64,000 nt of DNA from an uncultured virus (IMG/VR IMGVR_UViG_3300021306_000185). Lineage: Duplodnaviria > Heunggongvirae > Uroviricota > Caudoviricetes. The notes under the pieces were generated by a model. That model was not told where the DNA came from. It saw nothing but the letters and a program-made list of their open reading frames with translations, and made no database searches. A program made the position numbers and the translations under genes. Position 1 is the stretch's first letter. Each line of letters opens with the position of its first letter. Positions 1 to 10,370 of the stretch are shown piece by piece. The stretch lies in the IMG/VR virus record IMGVR_UViG_3300021306_000185; one strand, given 5' to 3'.

Positions 1-1431
1 ATGAAAGCAAAGTTCAAACTCATACTTGGCCGCCGCAAGAATTATCCATTGCACATAGAGTTGGAAGTGTATAAGGGTGCTGACTGTAGAGTATTCATCT
101 CAACGGGCATTGTGCTTGAAAGTGCCAAGCAGTGGGACCCAGCCCGCCAGATTGTCGTTAAGCACACCAATGCGGAGCAGTACAACACGTTCATGCACGG
201 CATAATAGAGAACATTGAAACAGCGGAGAAGGATGCAGACGAGCATAACCGTCCATTCAATTCGATGGAAATAAAGGCAGCAGCTAAGAATCTTACGTCG
301 TTTGAAAGTGTGGACGTTATCGAGACGTTCAATAGGTATGTCGAGGAGGAGGAATGCAAGGCTAACACGCGAAAAGGACATAAGTATACAATGTCTTCAT
401 TCTGCAAGTTCATCAAGGAGTTCAAAGGAATCAAGAGCGCAAGACTTTCATTTAGCGAACTGAATTACGCCCTGATTGTCGAGTACGACAAGTATCTCAA
501 GGCAAACACGGGTAAAAATGGTTCTACGGCATTCAACTATCATATGTATCTGCGCAAGTTGTCACGCGAAGCCAAGCTGGATGGTCTAATACGAAATAAT
601 CCTTACGACGACTTCAATCTCGTCAAGGGGAAATCGACTCGTCGTCCATCGCTGACAACTGAGCAACTTGTGATTCTTGAGAATATTGACCGTAAAGCTC
701 TTGATGATGAACACATAAGTGAGGTGGTTCTTGACATGTTCCTGTTTTCCTGCTATACGGGACTGCGCTACAGCGATGTGAGCACGCTTCTCAAAAGTGA
801 ACTGCGCTACGACAAGAAAGGTATAGTGATTGAGCGAAAGACTCAAAAGACGGAAACCGATGTGGTTCTGCCTCTATATATGCTCTTCAATGGGAAGGCG
901 CAAAGAATAGCGGAGAAGTATATAAAGGAGCACGAAGACATAAATACTTTGTTTCCATCCCGAGTATTGCCAATCGTCAACAAGCATCTTCTGTCAATAG
1001 AAAAGTTCCTGCATCTGCCATTCCATCTCACTTTTCATGTGGCGCGTCATACTTGTGCTTCCCAATTGGCGGAGTTGGCCGACAATCCATTTGTCATCAT
1101 GCAAATTCTGGGACATGGGACTATACACACCTCGATGCGCTATATCCATAGGAGTCATAGGACTTCAGAGAAGAAACTTGCAGAAGTAGACTGGAGCGAT
1201 GCTGATGATATAGAGTATCCATCAAACGAGGAGACACTATCGATCTACAATAGCATAATTGAGGCTTGCAACGCAAAACAACTGTCCTCAGACCTCACTA
1301 ACATGGCGGTCGGTGCGGCGATGAGCAATTATCAGATGGCAGGAGAAATCAAGAATTGGATAAGCGGGCTAAAGAAAACCGACTACACGATGGAGGCTTG
1401 GGGCAAGAGATTGGAGATGGTGGTGGGGTAA
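1..1431 (+). CDS. Tyrosine recombinase/integrase, Bacteroidetes type, with C-terminal extension
   Basis: GLRYSD (R), HVARHT (HxxR), LGH, TSMRY (catalytic Y); arm-binding-like N-terminus. Confidence 0.95.
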   Translation: MKAKFKLILGRRKNYPLHIELEVYKGADCRVFISTGIVLESAKQWDPARQIVVKHTNAEQYNTFMHGIIENIETAEKDADEHNRPFNSMEIKAAAKNLTSFESVDVIETFNRYVEEEECKANTRKGHKYTMSSFCKFIKEFKGIKSARLSFSELNYALIVEYDKYLKANTGKNGSTAFNYHMYLRKLSREAKLDGLIRNNPYDDFNLVKGKSTRRPSLTTEQLVILENIDRKALDDEHISEVVLDMFLFSCYTGLRYSDVSTLLKSELRYDKKGIVIERKTQKTETDVVLPLYMLFNGKAQRIAEKYIKEHEDINTLFPSRVLPIVNKHLLSIEKFLHLPFHLTFHVARHTCASQLAELADNPFVIMQILGHGTIHTSMRYIHRSHRTSEKKLAEVDWSDADDIEYPSNEETLSIYNSIIEACNAKQLSSDLTNMAVGAAMSNYQMAGEIKNWISGLKKTDYTMEAWGKRLEMVVG

Positions 1432-1455
1432 GAACACAACTAAATGATCTATGTG

Positions 1456-1743
1456 TTAATCTAACGACTCGGGTTCGTCATCTTCTTCGCCGCTATCATC
1501 GATAGAAGTATCAAAAGCCATAAACACTTCCAAAAACGCTGTTTCACGAAAGAAATAGTTAGGGTCATCAGTTAATTTGTCCTCCATAAAATGAAAGCCC
1601 CAATTTGCGTATTCCTCCATTGTCTGCATAAGCATATCGACGGCTTTGCGAGATGTCATTTCTCCTTTTTCCAATGCTATGAAATCAATGTCGGTGCGAG
1701 CGACAAGGGCAGTGAAAATGTGCTCGCGAAGTTTCTGCCACAT
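1456..1743 (-). CDS. Hypothetical acidic protein
   Basis: 95 aa ORF downstream of and co-oriented with 1780..3585. Confidence 0.45.
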   Translation of the reverse strand: MWQKLREHIFTALVARTDIDFIALEKGEMTSRKAVDMLMQTMEEYANWGFHFMEDKLTDDPNYFFRETAFLEVFMAFDTSIDDSGEEDDEPESLD

Positions 1744-1779
1744 TTTTTTGTTATTTATGGCGTAATAGAACCTTTCTAA

Positions 1780-3585
1780 CTATTTACTTTTACATAAGTC
1801 ATAGTATATATTCTCAAGACTACACAATGGATTCTGACCATTTGTCTTTTGAGTGATTAAGTCTATCAAATTTGCATCGGACAAACACAATAATAATTTA
1901 TTCTCTTCTAATAATTTAATTTGAAACTTTTTAGCAGATTCGTCCAAACCATAACGAGAAAAAATTATTGCAAAATTCCCCGATAGTTTAGTCACATATT
2001 TAGATGGATTAAAAAACTCATCTTGATTTAACTGGTCTTTGTAATTTTTAAAATCAATAATAATCAAATTCGATTTATAATCACTTTTAACTAATTGCCA
2101 AAAACTTGGCGAATCCTTAAATGTGTTGTTTACAACCATATCCCTTCTAAAAATGCCATCAGCTGTAGGGGATTGAAATTCATATGTATAATTACGAAAA
2201 CTATCTGCAAACAAAAAACTGAATATCTCTCCTCCAATGTCTTCATACTGCTTCCATCCTTCTTTACCTTTAGGACAATTTTCTAATTTCTTTATTAAGA
2301 CATCACCAAGAGACATCGCTTTATAAGATTCATCAATTTGAAGATTAGAAAGGCGTGATTTGATAAACCAATGTATCATATCGCCATTTTGGTTATTAAT
2401 CAAATCAGTAGCTAAATGATTCACATCAATAATGGATATATTATTCGTCTCTAACATTTTTCTTGTAGAATCATCGGGATTTGAACGAAATGCCATATAT
2501 TTATAATCACACACACGCTCCTTGTCCAATTGTTTCTGCAAAACATCAACTGTTGGAACGTTATCAAAAAGTAACATACATTTTTCATCGCCTATTATTA
2601 TTGTTTTGTCAGAAAGAATTGACACTTTTTTTAGTCGTCCTCTAAGCATATATATCAAATAATCTCGCAAATCATCAACAGACGCATAACGCACAAACAA
2701 TCTGTTTAATTCAAAATGTATGGACAATATACTAAATAAATAATCCAAATCCTTATAATCTGGATAGGTAAATCCACTGTTTATCCCATTTGAAATCTTG
2801 TCATCAATTGCTTCGACATTTGAAAACCTATATAAGTAAACAACATCATTCGGATAGATTTGGACACTATACGACTGTGAGTCATACATATTCATTACAA
2901 ACTCATAGCAATTACCATATTTCAAGGAAATATAAACTCTAATCTGTTTATTATAAGACGGAAATGCATATTTAACAAATGAATAATTATTTTCTACGTA
3001 ATCCATATACATTTTATACTTTTCCGTTATCAAAGAAGAAAAAGAATCTATTACATCTTTGGGAAGTGTTGTCTCTTTTGGGAACGAGTTAAGAATATCA
3101 CAATTCCCTAAACGTAATTCATTTTTATATACCGCATAATTATTTTTATTATCAAAATAGAGTTTGTCTCGATTAATACAGAAGAAAAAACTATCATAAG
3201 TAAATTCTTGTATTTTAATATAATCCATACACCAGTCATTCGCTTGTTCATACGGGAATTCTGTTCTGCCCAATTCCAACGCTATTCTATATGAATTCAT
3301 TTTATAGATATCTGCCCAAAGAAACGAGAACATCATTTTTGCCAGATATATGTAAAGTTCCTTTGCCAGTTTTAATTTGTTCCTTTCAAAATCAAGATTT
3401 TCCCTTTCTGAAAGAGTATTATAAAAATCAGCTGAAAGATTTAAAGGAAACAAATAACACCTTTTAACTTCTTCTAAATTATGACTAATACCTTCCACAA
3501 TCTCCAAATAATCGTTAATTGAAGACTTGCACAATCTATTATGAAGAATTATTAGATCTTCGTATGTTTGTTTTGTATAGTTCAT
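1780..3585 (-). CDS. Protein with C-terminal PD-(D/E)xK restriction-endonuclease-like domain
   Basis: WKQYE...RRDMVV...IIIDFKNY motif set; very AT-rich gene. Confidence 0.7.
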   Translation of the reverse strand: MNYTKQTYEDLIILHNRLCKSSINDYLEIVEGISHNLEEVKRCYLFPLNLSADFYNTLSERENLDFERNKLKLAKELYIYLAKMMFSFLWADIYKMNSYRIALELGRTEFPYEQANDWCMDYIKIQEFTYDSFFFCINRDKLYFDNKNNYAVYKNELRLGNCDILNSFPKETTLPKDVIDSFSSLITEKYKMYMDYVENNYSFVKYAFPSYNKQIRVYISLKYGNCYEFVMNMYDSQSYSVQIYPNDVVYLYRFSNVEAIDDKISNGINSGFTYPDYKDLDYLFSILSIHFELNRLFVRYASVDDLRDYLIYMLRGRLKKVSILSDKTIIIGDEKCMLLFDNVPTVDVLQKQLDKERVCDYKYMAFRSNPDDSTRKMLETNNISIIDVNHLATDLINNQNGDMIHWFIKSRLSNLQIDESYKAMSLGDVLIKKLENCPKGKEGWKQYEDIGGEIFSFLFADSFRNYTYEFQSPTADGIFRRDMVVNNTFKDSPSFWQLVKSDYKSNLIIIDFKNYKDQLNQDEFFNPSKYVTKLSGNFAIIFSRYGLDESAKKFQIKLLEENKLLLCLSDANLIDLITQKTNGQNPLCSLENIYYDLCKSK

Positions 3586-3598
3586 TTTACCCTCCTTT

Positions 3599-4480
3599 TT
3601 AATACTTCTGTTTCCCCGGTATCACACCTCTAACACCGCCTTTCGGGTTTTCCACATCACCTTTGTAGCGCGGAATCAGGTGAATGTGAACGTGAAAAAC
3701 GCTTTGACCTGCGGCTTCGCCAACGTTTATGCCCACGTTGAAGCCATCGGGGTGGAAACGCTCCGCCAACAGTTTTTTGCAATGGTTCACCAAAAGCCAC
3801 AAGGCTCGCTGTTCACGGGTTGTTAAGTCGAAATAACTGGCAACGTGGCGTTTGGGGATAATCAGCGTGTGACCTTTGCTCACTGGGTAGCCATCGAAAA
3901 AAGCCACGGCGGTGGCGGTCTCGCTCAACAATTCCACTTTCGGATTCAGGTTACAGAATGGGCAACCGTTGGCAATCTCGTAATTCTTTTTGAAGTCGGT
4001 CTTGTTGAAGTGCTTGTACTCGTAGATTTCGCAGTTCTCGTTTTCAAAAACGCTTTTGTAAGGTAGAACCACATTGCATTGATATGTGGGTTGCTTGTGC
4101 ACAAAATGTGTGCGAAATCCTTCGCTTTTTAAATCGCGGCGGACTGCGAAATAGGCGGTTCCTGCTGGTTTGAGCAATTCTGAAACCGACATCAGCACTT
4201 CGGCTTGTTCTTCGGGTTCGAGAACATTGAGAACATAATTGCAAATTATTGTGCCAAAGCGTTTTGTTGGGTATTCGGGGCGGTAATAGTTGTCGTAACC
4301 GACAATGTTGTAGCCTTCCTTCTGAAGTTGGTCGGTGTCGAAACCAAAACCGCAGCCAAAATCAAGAATCTCGCCTTTCAAAAGGTTGTTTTGCTTCAGC
4401 CAACGGGTTGGAAACGAATATGTTGTGCGTTCTTTGGCCGTCAAATGCGGGTTGTTCTTTATCTTTTTCATCGCTCCCAA
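3599..4480 (-). CDS. Class I SAM methyltransferase / HIT hydrolase fusion
   Basis: LDFGCGFG motif I; CPFC, GHTLIIPKRH and HVHIHLIPR HIT motifs. Confidence 0.92.
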   Translation of the reverse strand: MGAMKKIKNNPHLTAKERTTYSFPTRWLKQNNLLKGEILDFGCGFGFDTDQLQKEGYNIVGYDNYYRPEYPTKRFGTIICNYVLNVLEPEEQAEVLMSVSELLKPAGTAYFAVRRDLKSEGFRTHFVHKQPTYQCNVVLPYKSVFENENCEIYEYKHFNKTDFKKNYEIANGCPFCNLNPKVELLSETATAVAFFDGYPVSKGHTLIIPKRHVASYFDLTTREQRALWLLVNHCKKLLAERFHPDGFNVGINVGEAAGQSVFHVHIHLIPRYKGDVENPKGGVRGVIPGKQKY

Positions 4481-5520
4481 TATTTAAAGCCCATATTTTC
4501 AGCAATCTGCGCCAATGGCGAGAATGTCTTTTGAAACACATTGCAAAAATCATCGTCTGACATACGAACCAATTCGCCAACAGAATCATATACAGTAAGA
4601 TAATCTTCGAGAATCTTGTTGTTAGGATTCTTCGGATAGATTGTTTTCAATGCCTTATGGTGCAACTCCGCATACGGCTTCAGATAAATATCCAACGGCG
4701 GCAGATTGTTGCTTTTAGACGAATTAATGCTTGAATCGGCTGGCAACAAATTCCATAACAGATTGTGCGACACAAAACTCCACGGAATAAAATGGTCCAA
4801 ATCGTAGTCTTTGGCAATCAACGGTTTATTGGTGTAAATGCAACGAATTGAGCCAACGGTTTCGATATAGGCGTCCCAAAACTTATGCTGCTTTGTGAGC
4901 GAGTCGCGCAGTATTGGTTTTATGAGTTTCGAAGGCACGTCGGGCACATTCGGGTTGCGTTTTTGCAGAAATTCAGTCAAGTTCCAAAATGCAAAATCGC
5001 GCAGAATGGTGTAATGCTCAGTCAGATATTCAACCCAATTGTCGTTGATTACAATTTCATCGCCGCAAATGGCATAAAGACATTCATTTTCAAATTGTTG
5101 CGATTTGACCACAACATCTTCATCATAAGTGTATTTTATCCACAGCGAAAGGAATCGATATGCCACATTGAGAGTGAAAACCCTTAAAAACTTCTTTGTA
5201 CAGTTCAGATTATCAAGCAAATATTTCTTTATCTTATCCTTATCAGATTCGATTGAAATCTGAAATGTGTTTTGGATTTCAAGCGATTTGTCGAACAGCG
5301 AATCGGACTTGCCAAACGAGATTTTGAAATAATGAATCGGATACCAAGATTCCGCCACCATTCCTGCAATGATTTCCCAAAACGAGATTCGCGTTTTGCG
5401 CTCTTTCACAACAATATCCAACAATGCCACAAACCAATAGAATTTGTACGTTGCAGTTGTGTTACTGAACATCCTTGATAGAGATGATATTGGGAGCTCA
5501 TATTTGTATGGTAGCTTCAT
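4468..5520 (-). CDS. HNH endonuclease-domain protein
   Basis: CIYT...DLDHFIPWSF...LWNL...NSSKSN; TYKFYW N-terminal motif; overlaps the MTase-HIT start. Confidence 0.85.
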   Translation of the reverse strand: MKLPYKYELPISSLSRMFSNTTATYKFYWFVALLDIVVKERKTRISFWEIIAGMVAESWYPIHYFKISFGKSDSLFDKSLEIQNTFQISIESDKDKIKKYLLDNLNCTKKFLRVFTLNVAYRFLSLWIKYTYDEDVVVKSQQFENECLYAICGDEIVINDNWVEYLTEHYTILRDFAFWNLTEFLQKRNPNVPDVPSKLIKPILRDSLTKQHKFWDAYIETVGSIRCIYTNKPLIAKDYDLDHFIPWSFVSHNLLWNLLPADSSINSSKSNNLPPLDIYLKPYAELHHKALKTIYPKNPNNKILEDYLTVYDSVGELVRMSDDDFCNVFQKTFSPLAQIAENMGFKYWER

Positions 5521-5994
5521 TTCTACTGAGTAATTAATTTTTATTAATTAAGGTATTTTTGATACACTTGAAATAAACTACATTGAATACCAAATTAAAT
5601 TATTTCAACGTCAGCAGAAAACGCGAGATTTTCTGCTGTATGTTTCGTTTATAGAAAACGTACTCTTTATGTTGCAATCTACCTCCATTATTTTCTGATG
5701 TATTTTTTTTCAAAATAAGCAATGTTTTCTAACTATATATGCAAAATTACAAAAAACAATCAACTGCATCAGATTGTAGAAAACTGAAATTTGGCGTTCA
5801 AAGTAAATTAGACATGATATGAATTATGTCCGACTATTACAGCCCATCATACATTCTTGCTACAGTAACAGAAAACAGTATAGCGCTGCCTTTGGCAGCC
5901 CCGAATCTGTCATTTATAGCGAACTTATCTAGGCTGATAGCGATTTAGCAGACATGAAATGTTCGGTTTTATGTGCATTTTACCGAACAATTAT

Positions 5995-6002
5995 TACCTT
6001 TG
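5995..6002 (+). promoter_or_regulatory. Bacteroidetes -7 promoter box TACCTTTG upstream of the abiE pair
   Basis: Exact TAnnTTTG ending 10 nt before the ATG at 6013. Confidence 0.6.
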
Positions 6003-6012
6003 CAGTGCATAG

Positions 6013-6750
6013 ATGGTTCATGTTATGGTAGCATCCAACGAAATAGAGGCAAAGGTTGAACAGATGGACACTGATGAAGTATTCTCTGTTGCCGACTTGG
6101 GCTTTCCGCCAGATTGGTACGACAATGTGCGTATCAAGCTTAGTCGCATGGTCGTCAAAGGACAGATAGTGAAGGTGGGCAAGGGACGATACTACAAGCC
6201 ACGACAGACAATGTTTGGCGCTTTGCAGCCAAGTCGCGAGGAGATTGTTAAGGATCTGCTCGTAAAGGATGGCAAGCCCGTGGGCTATTTCACTGGTTAC
6301 TCCATCTGGAACAAGATGGGACTGACTACTCAAGTGCCAAGTGTAATAGAGATTGGTAGCCAAATCCGTAAGAATAAGACGAACCGAGGTTCGTACTCTA
6401 TTCGTTTCGTGTTGCAGCCCAATGACATCACGAGAGTCAACATTCCATTGCTGCAAATACTCGACACTGTGAAGGCAGTAAAATCAATACCCGACACGAC
6501 TATCAACGACTCAGTATCAAGGCTCTCTACTATATTCAATGACTTATCTGATAAAGATGTTGCTCTGCTGGCAACACTGTCATTGAAGTATTCGCCTCAG
6601 ACGAGAGCTCTTGTAGGAGCATTGTTAGAACCAAGACTTAGCGAGGCTCAAGCGACTAAACTTCGAAACTCGCTAAACCCTATGACTGTATACAAGTTGG
6701 GCATATCAAACGCCGTCATGCCCAATCAAAACAACTGGTATATCGTATGA
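6013..6750 (+). CDS. abiEi: AbiEi-like type IV antitoxin / wHTH regulator (DUF6088-like)
   Basis: LSRMV..G.I.KVGKGRYYKP and GLTTQVP motifs; ATGA overlap with the toxin. Confidence 0.8.
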   Translation: MVHVMVASNEIEAKVEQMDTDEVFSVADLGFPPDWYDNVRIKLSRMVVKGQIVKVGKGRYYKPRQTMFGALQPSREEIVKDLLVKDGKPVGYFTGYSIWNKMGLTTQVPSVIEIGSQIRKNKTNRGSYSIRFVLQPNDITRVNIPLLQILDTVKAVKSIPDTTINDSVSRLSTIFNDLSDKDVALLATLSLKYSPQTRALVGALLEPRLSEAQATKLRNSLNPMTVYKLGISNAVMPNQNNWYIV

Positions 6751-7718
6751 AGTTGCACGAGAATAAACAACTGTTTGCGGATGCTGTCCGCGCGACTGCT
6801 GAAGCAATGGGTATTGCCCCCGAGTTTGTCGAGAAGGACTATTGGATATGCCAGATTCTCCAAAGATTGTCGAGACATCCAGACGCTGATCGTATTATAT
6901 GGAAAGGAGGAACGTCACTCTCTAAGGCCTACTCGCTTGTGAAGCGTTTCTCTTCCGATGTGGATTTTGCGGTAATCTCAGGAGAACTATCCCATAGTCA
7001 ACTGAAGCAGTTGATAACACGCATCAGTAAGGACACGACTACGGATCTTACAGAAAAGGAAGTTGAAGGTGGTACAAAAAAGATAGGGCGCTATCGTAAG
7101 ACATATCATGAATACGATAGCGTCATAGCACAACGCAATGCGAGGTACAACTTCCTTGGCAACCATGTGGTAGTTGAAATCAATACCTATGGGAATCCAT
7201 TTCCTTACTTCGAGAAGCAAATCAGCACGTTCATTGCGGACATGATGAAGCAGCGTGGGCTTGACAAAATGATTGTCGAGATGGATATGGAGCCTTTTGC
7301 GTTGAACGTCCTCGATAAACGGCGGACTTTGTGTGAGAAAGTAGCTTCGTTACTCAGATTCTCTTTAGATGATGATCCCATAAAGGGCTTATCAGCAAGG
7401 ATTCGTCACTTTTACGACTTATACTTCTTGACGCAAGATGAAGAGTGCAAGGCGTACTTGCAGACCGACTTTGCACACGACCTTCTTGATTTGATTGAGC
7501 ACGACAAGCGTGAATACGACAGACCTCCATTGTGGCGAGATGCAGACCTTAACACATCCATCTTGTTCACCGACTTTGATGCACTTTGGAAGAAACTCGC
7601 ACCACTATACGAATCAGAAGTTGGCGCTTTATCGTATGGTGATCTTCCATCAAAAGATGCCGTTGCGGTATCGATGAAGGGCTTATTAGAGCGAGTGGAA
7701 AGAATCATACCTCAATAG
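6747..7718 (+). CDS. abiEii: AbiEii/AbiGii nucleotidyltransferase toxin
   Basis: VEKDYW, KGGTSLSK, RFSSDVD, RTLCEK and RHFYD motifs. Confidence 0.92.
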   Translation: MKLHENKQLFADAVRATAEAMGIAPEFVEKDYWICQILQRLSRHPDADRIIWKGGTSLSKAYSLVKRFSSDVDFAVISGELSHSQLKQLITRISKDTTTDLTEKEVEGGTKKIGRYRKTYHEYDSVIAQRNARYNFLGNHVVVEINTYGNPFPYFEKQISTFIADMMKQRGLDKMIVEMDMEPFALNVLDKRRTLCEKVASLLRFSLDDDPIKGLSARIRHFYDLYFLTQDEECKAYLQTDFAHDLLDLIEHDKREYDRPPLWRDADLNTSILFTDFDALWKKLAPLYESEVGALSYGDLPSKDAVAVSMKGLLERVERIIPQ

Positions 7719-7739
7719 GAGTAGCAAGTACGACCGAAA

Positions 7740-8117
7740 ATGAAAAAGAGGAGAAAAATATTTGAACTACACGAAGCAGTACTTGATAATGACATAAGTA
7801 TGGTGAAATCATGTATCGCCGAAGGATATGATGTGAATGAGAAAGATGAGAATTCGTTCACACCTTTACATTATGCGGCTCAAGATGGCTTAGATGAAAT
7901 TGCTAAGATCTTATTGGACGCAGGTGCTGATGTGGATGCGAAAAATGCCAATGGCAACACGCCATTACTTATGGCAACAGGTTATTACAAGCCTTCGCTG
8001 ATAACATTGCTTTTAGAGCATGGCGCAAATAAGTATGAAAAGAATAATTCTGGGGTATCACCATATAGTTTGGCAAAAACTGTAGTTAATTATCCACTGC
8101 TGCAGTTCTTCGAATGA
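7740..8117 (+). CDS. Ankyrin repeat protein
   Basis: TPLHYAA...LLDAGADV and GNTPLLMA...LLEHGA repeats. Confidence 0.92.
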   Translation: MKKRRKIFELHEAVLDNDISMVKSCIAEGYDVNEKDENSFTPLHYAAQDGLDEIAKILLDAGADVDAKNANGNTPLLMATGYYKPSLITLLLEHGANKYEKNNSGVSPYSLAKTVVNYPLLQFFE

Positions 8118-8136
8118 TATAGTTTCATTGGATTTT

Positions 8137-8724
8137 CTATATCCACCTCACCACTGTATCTCCCTTCCACCCCTTCTCCCACACGAACCACGCATACAGC
8201 GCCGCACTTCCTTTGGTTGTCTCGAAGTCGCCATTCATAGCGCACTTGATGCGACTGGTGAATATGTAGACGGCCTGTGGTGGATGCTCATCAAAGAACT
8301 TGCGACGAGCCTTGCCTTCGAGAAACTGTATGCGTAGGAACATACAGACCTTACGCCCATCGGGGATTAGTTCGAGTGCTTTCTGAACAAACTCCAACGC
8401 ATAGCGAAATGGCGGATTGGTCACTATGTCACCATTATGATGACGTGTGCATCGCAAGAAATCAATATTCGGCTTGCCGTAGCCTCGGTCGATAAGATCC
8501 GAAGCTGCGGCAAGTCTGCTGTATTGGGCAAACACCTTGGCCAAGTGTCCAGCACCACATGCTGGCTCCCAGATGTCGGTTAGCTTTGGTTCAACCTCCA
8601 ATAGCATCTTTGCCGCCTTCGGGTCGGTAGCATAGTAGTCGTTTGTCTCACGGTCGTGGTCGGCGTGACTGCTTGCACCAAGCGTAGCAAACGTAGAGCG
8701 AGTGTTTCCTGTCCAATCTTTCAT
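8137..8724 (-). CDS. Small phage-type amino-DNA methyltransferase
   Basis: DYYATDP, WEPACGAG and VTNPPF motifs. Confidence 0.88.
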   Translation of the reverse strand: MKDWTGNTRSTFATLGASSHADHDRETNDYYATDPKAAKMLLEVEPKLTDIWEPACGAGHLAKVFAQYSRLAAASDLIDRGYGKPNIDFLRCTRHHNGDIVTNPPFRYALEFVQKALELIPDGRKVCMFLRIQFLEGKARRKFFDEHPPQAVYIFTSRIKCAMNGDFETTKGSAALYAWFVWEKGWKGDTVVRWI

Positions 8725-9554
8725 GCCGTCTTCATGTTTAGCTCTATCTCTACCGCCAACGCCTGCTGCATCTGCTTGCGCTTACGTTTCGCTTTGACTT
8801 GGTTCGATTGTTTCGCCTGCGCTACCTCTTCCTTCTGCTGCTTGCGTAACGCATCCTTTGTCGGAAATAGATGGCTTTCTGGGTCTTTATGCTCTGGCTC
8901 TGTCGTATCACTCCAGAGTGACTTGCGGCGCTCGTCTGTCTTCATGTGCCTACGATGCTGAGCGTTGCGCGCCTCCACCTCGCCACTCGTACGCTGATAG
9001 TTGAGCCAACCGCCAGCTGCCTGCACATTCGAGCCACGCTCGAAGCCCTCCATGCGCTGAATGAAATGCTGCGTCTCATGGATAAGCACCGACTCCAAAT
9101 CGTAGTTTTCATCGCCATTGATGATGGGCACAACGAGTGTCTTATTGGCTTCGTCGAAGTAACCGAGCGTAGTAGAGCCTGGCGGCAACAACTTCACGAA
9201 CAGCTTGTAGTTCTTTAGCTCTGGATACATAGTCAGCAGACGCTCATCCTTGACCAACTGTGAAAACGGAGTCGCCATGCCATACGAATATGCCTGGTTG
9301 AGGACCTTCTGCTTCCAAAAGAAGTCAGGCACCTCGTACCGCCACTCCATGTCAGCACCACGCTCCCAACCCGTCGCCATCTTTATTGTCAGCGCATCCT
9401 TATCTTGAATCTCCATCTCCTGCGCAATGGAGAGGTTCTGCTGAAGTTCTTGATTGTTGTTGTGACTGTCCCAACGCTCGGCGGCCTTCTTGCCAATCCA
9501 CGCCATGCCGAGCCCATGGGGCGCAGTCAAGTGCAGTACGTTCTTCCTTGCCAT
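8721..9554 (-). CDS. LPD23-like domain plus zincin metallopeptidase (polyvalent-protein type)
   Basis: TGWERGADMEWRYE; LIHETQHFIQ..EGF (HExxH); GEVEARN. Confidence 0.75.
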   Translation of the reverse strand: MARKNVLHLTAPHGLGMAWIGKKAAERWDSHNNNQELQQNLSIAQEMEIQDKDALTIKMATGWERGADMEWRYEVPDFFWKQKVLNQAYSYGMATPFSQLVKDERLLTMYPELKNYKLFVKLLPPGSTTLGYFDEANKTLVVPIINGDENYDLESVLIHETQHFIQRMEGFERGSNVQAAGGWLNYQRTSGEVEARNAQHRRHMKTDERRKSLWSDTTEPEHKDPESHLFPTKDALRKQQKEEVAQAKQSNQVKAKRKRKQMQQALAVEIELNMKTA

Positions 9555-10366
9555 CAGAGTACGCCCATTAATCCGTTCAACTGGCTTTCCGTGAGGTCGA
9601 TGCGTTCTACACGATTGTTTATATAATCATCAAGAGCGTGCTTAGCATCTTGTAGTTCTGGCACGTCTGGCGCTTTTGCGAGGAATTTACGAGCCTTGCT
9701 AATCTCGGGTCTGCGATGCTCGTATGTACTTATGAACGTCTTTATCCACGTCGTGACATTCGATACATGCTCGGAATTGGCGATGTCTACGTACTTCTGC
9801 AAGTCCTCTATCTCAACACGGTCGAGGTTCTTCGTCCTGAGTACTCGCAGCAACTGTTCTTGAATAGTCTGCATCTCACTTGCGTATGCAGATGTCGAGC
9901 GAATGACTCGCGTATTTATGAGCTTCTGTAGCTTGCGAAGCAAGTTCAACGCATGCTGGTATGCAGCATCACGACTCTTGCCGTGAATCTTGATGTATTG
10001 CTGGATGATATCCACCTCGGGCGTAAGTATGTCAACCAATTCGCCCTTGGTTTTTGATGTTGGTTTCTTCTCCTTTGGCTTCTCTTTCGGTTCTGGCTTC
10101 GGTTTCTCTGGCTCTGGCTTCGGTTCTTCCTTAGTTCCCTGCTCGGCATAGAATCGATTAATTTCAGCAAACAACTGAGTGATGACATCTCGTTGCTTCA
10201 CGAAGTCGTCATCGTTCCAATCGTCCCAGTTTACTGATGGTTCAGCTTCGGAGTCGAGGAGCTGCCAAGCGTTGTTGGTGAAGACATTCGGCATGAAGCC
10301 CGCTGCGGTTATGTCTTGGCGAATCTGCTCGCGGTTCGCCCAATAGTTTTCGCGTGTTACATTCAT
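9554..10366 (-). CDS. Hypothetical protein with Pro/Glu/Lys linker, ending LNGLMGVL
   Basis: 270 aa ORF coupled to both neighbours. Confidence 0.7.
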   Translation of the reverse strand: MNVTRENYWANREQIRQDITAAGFMPNVFTNNAWQLLDSEAEPSVNWDDWNDDDFVKQRDVITQLFAEINRFYAEQGTKEEPKPEPEKPKPEPKEKPKEKKPTSKTKGELVDILTPEVDIIQQYIKIHGKSRDAAYQHALNLLRKLQKLINTRVIRSTSAYASEMQTIQEQLLRVLRTKNLDRVEIEDLQKYVDIANSEHVSNVTTWIKTFISTYEHRRPEISKARKFLAKAPDVPELQDAKHALDDYINNRVERIDLTESQLNGLMGVL

Positions 10367-10370
10367 ATTC

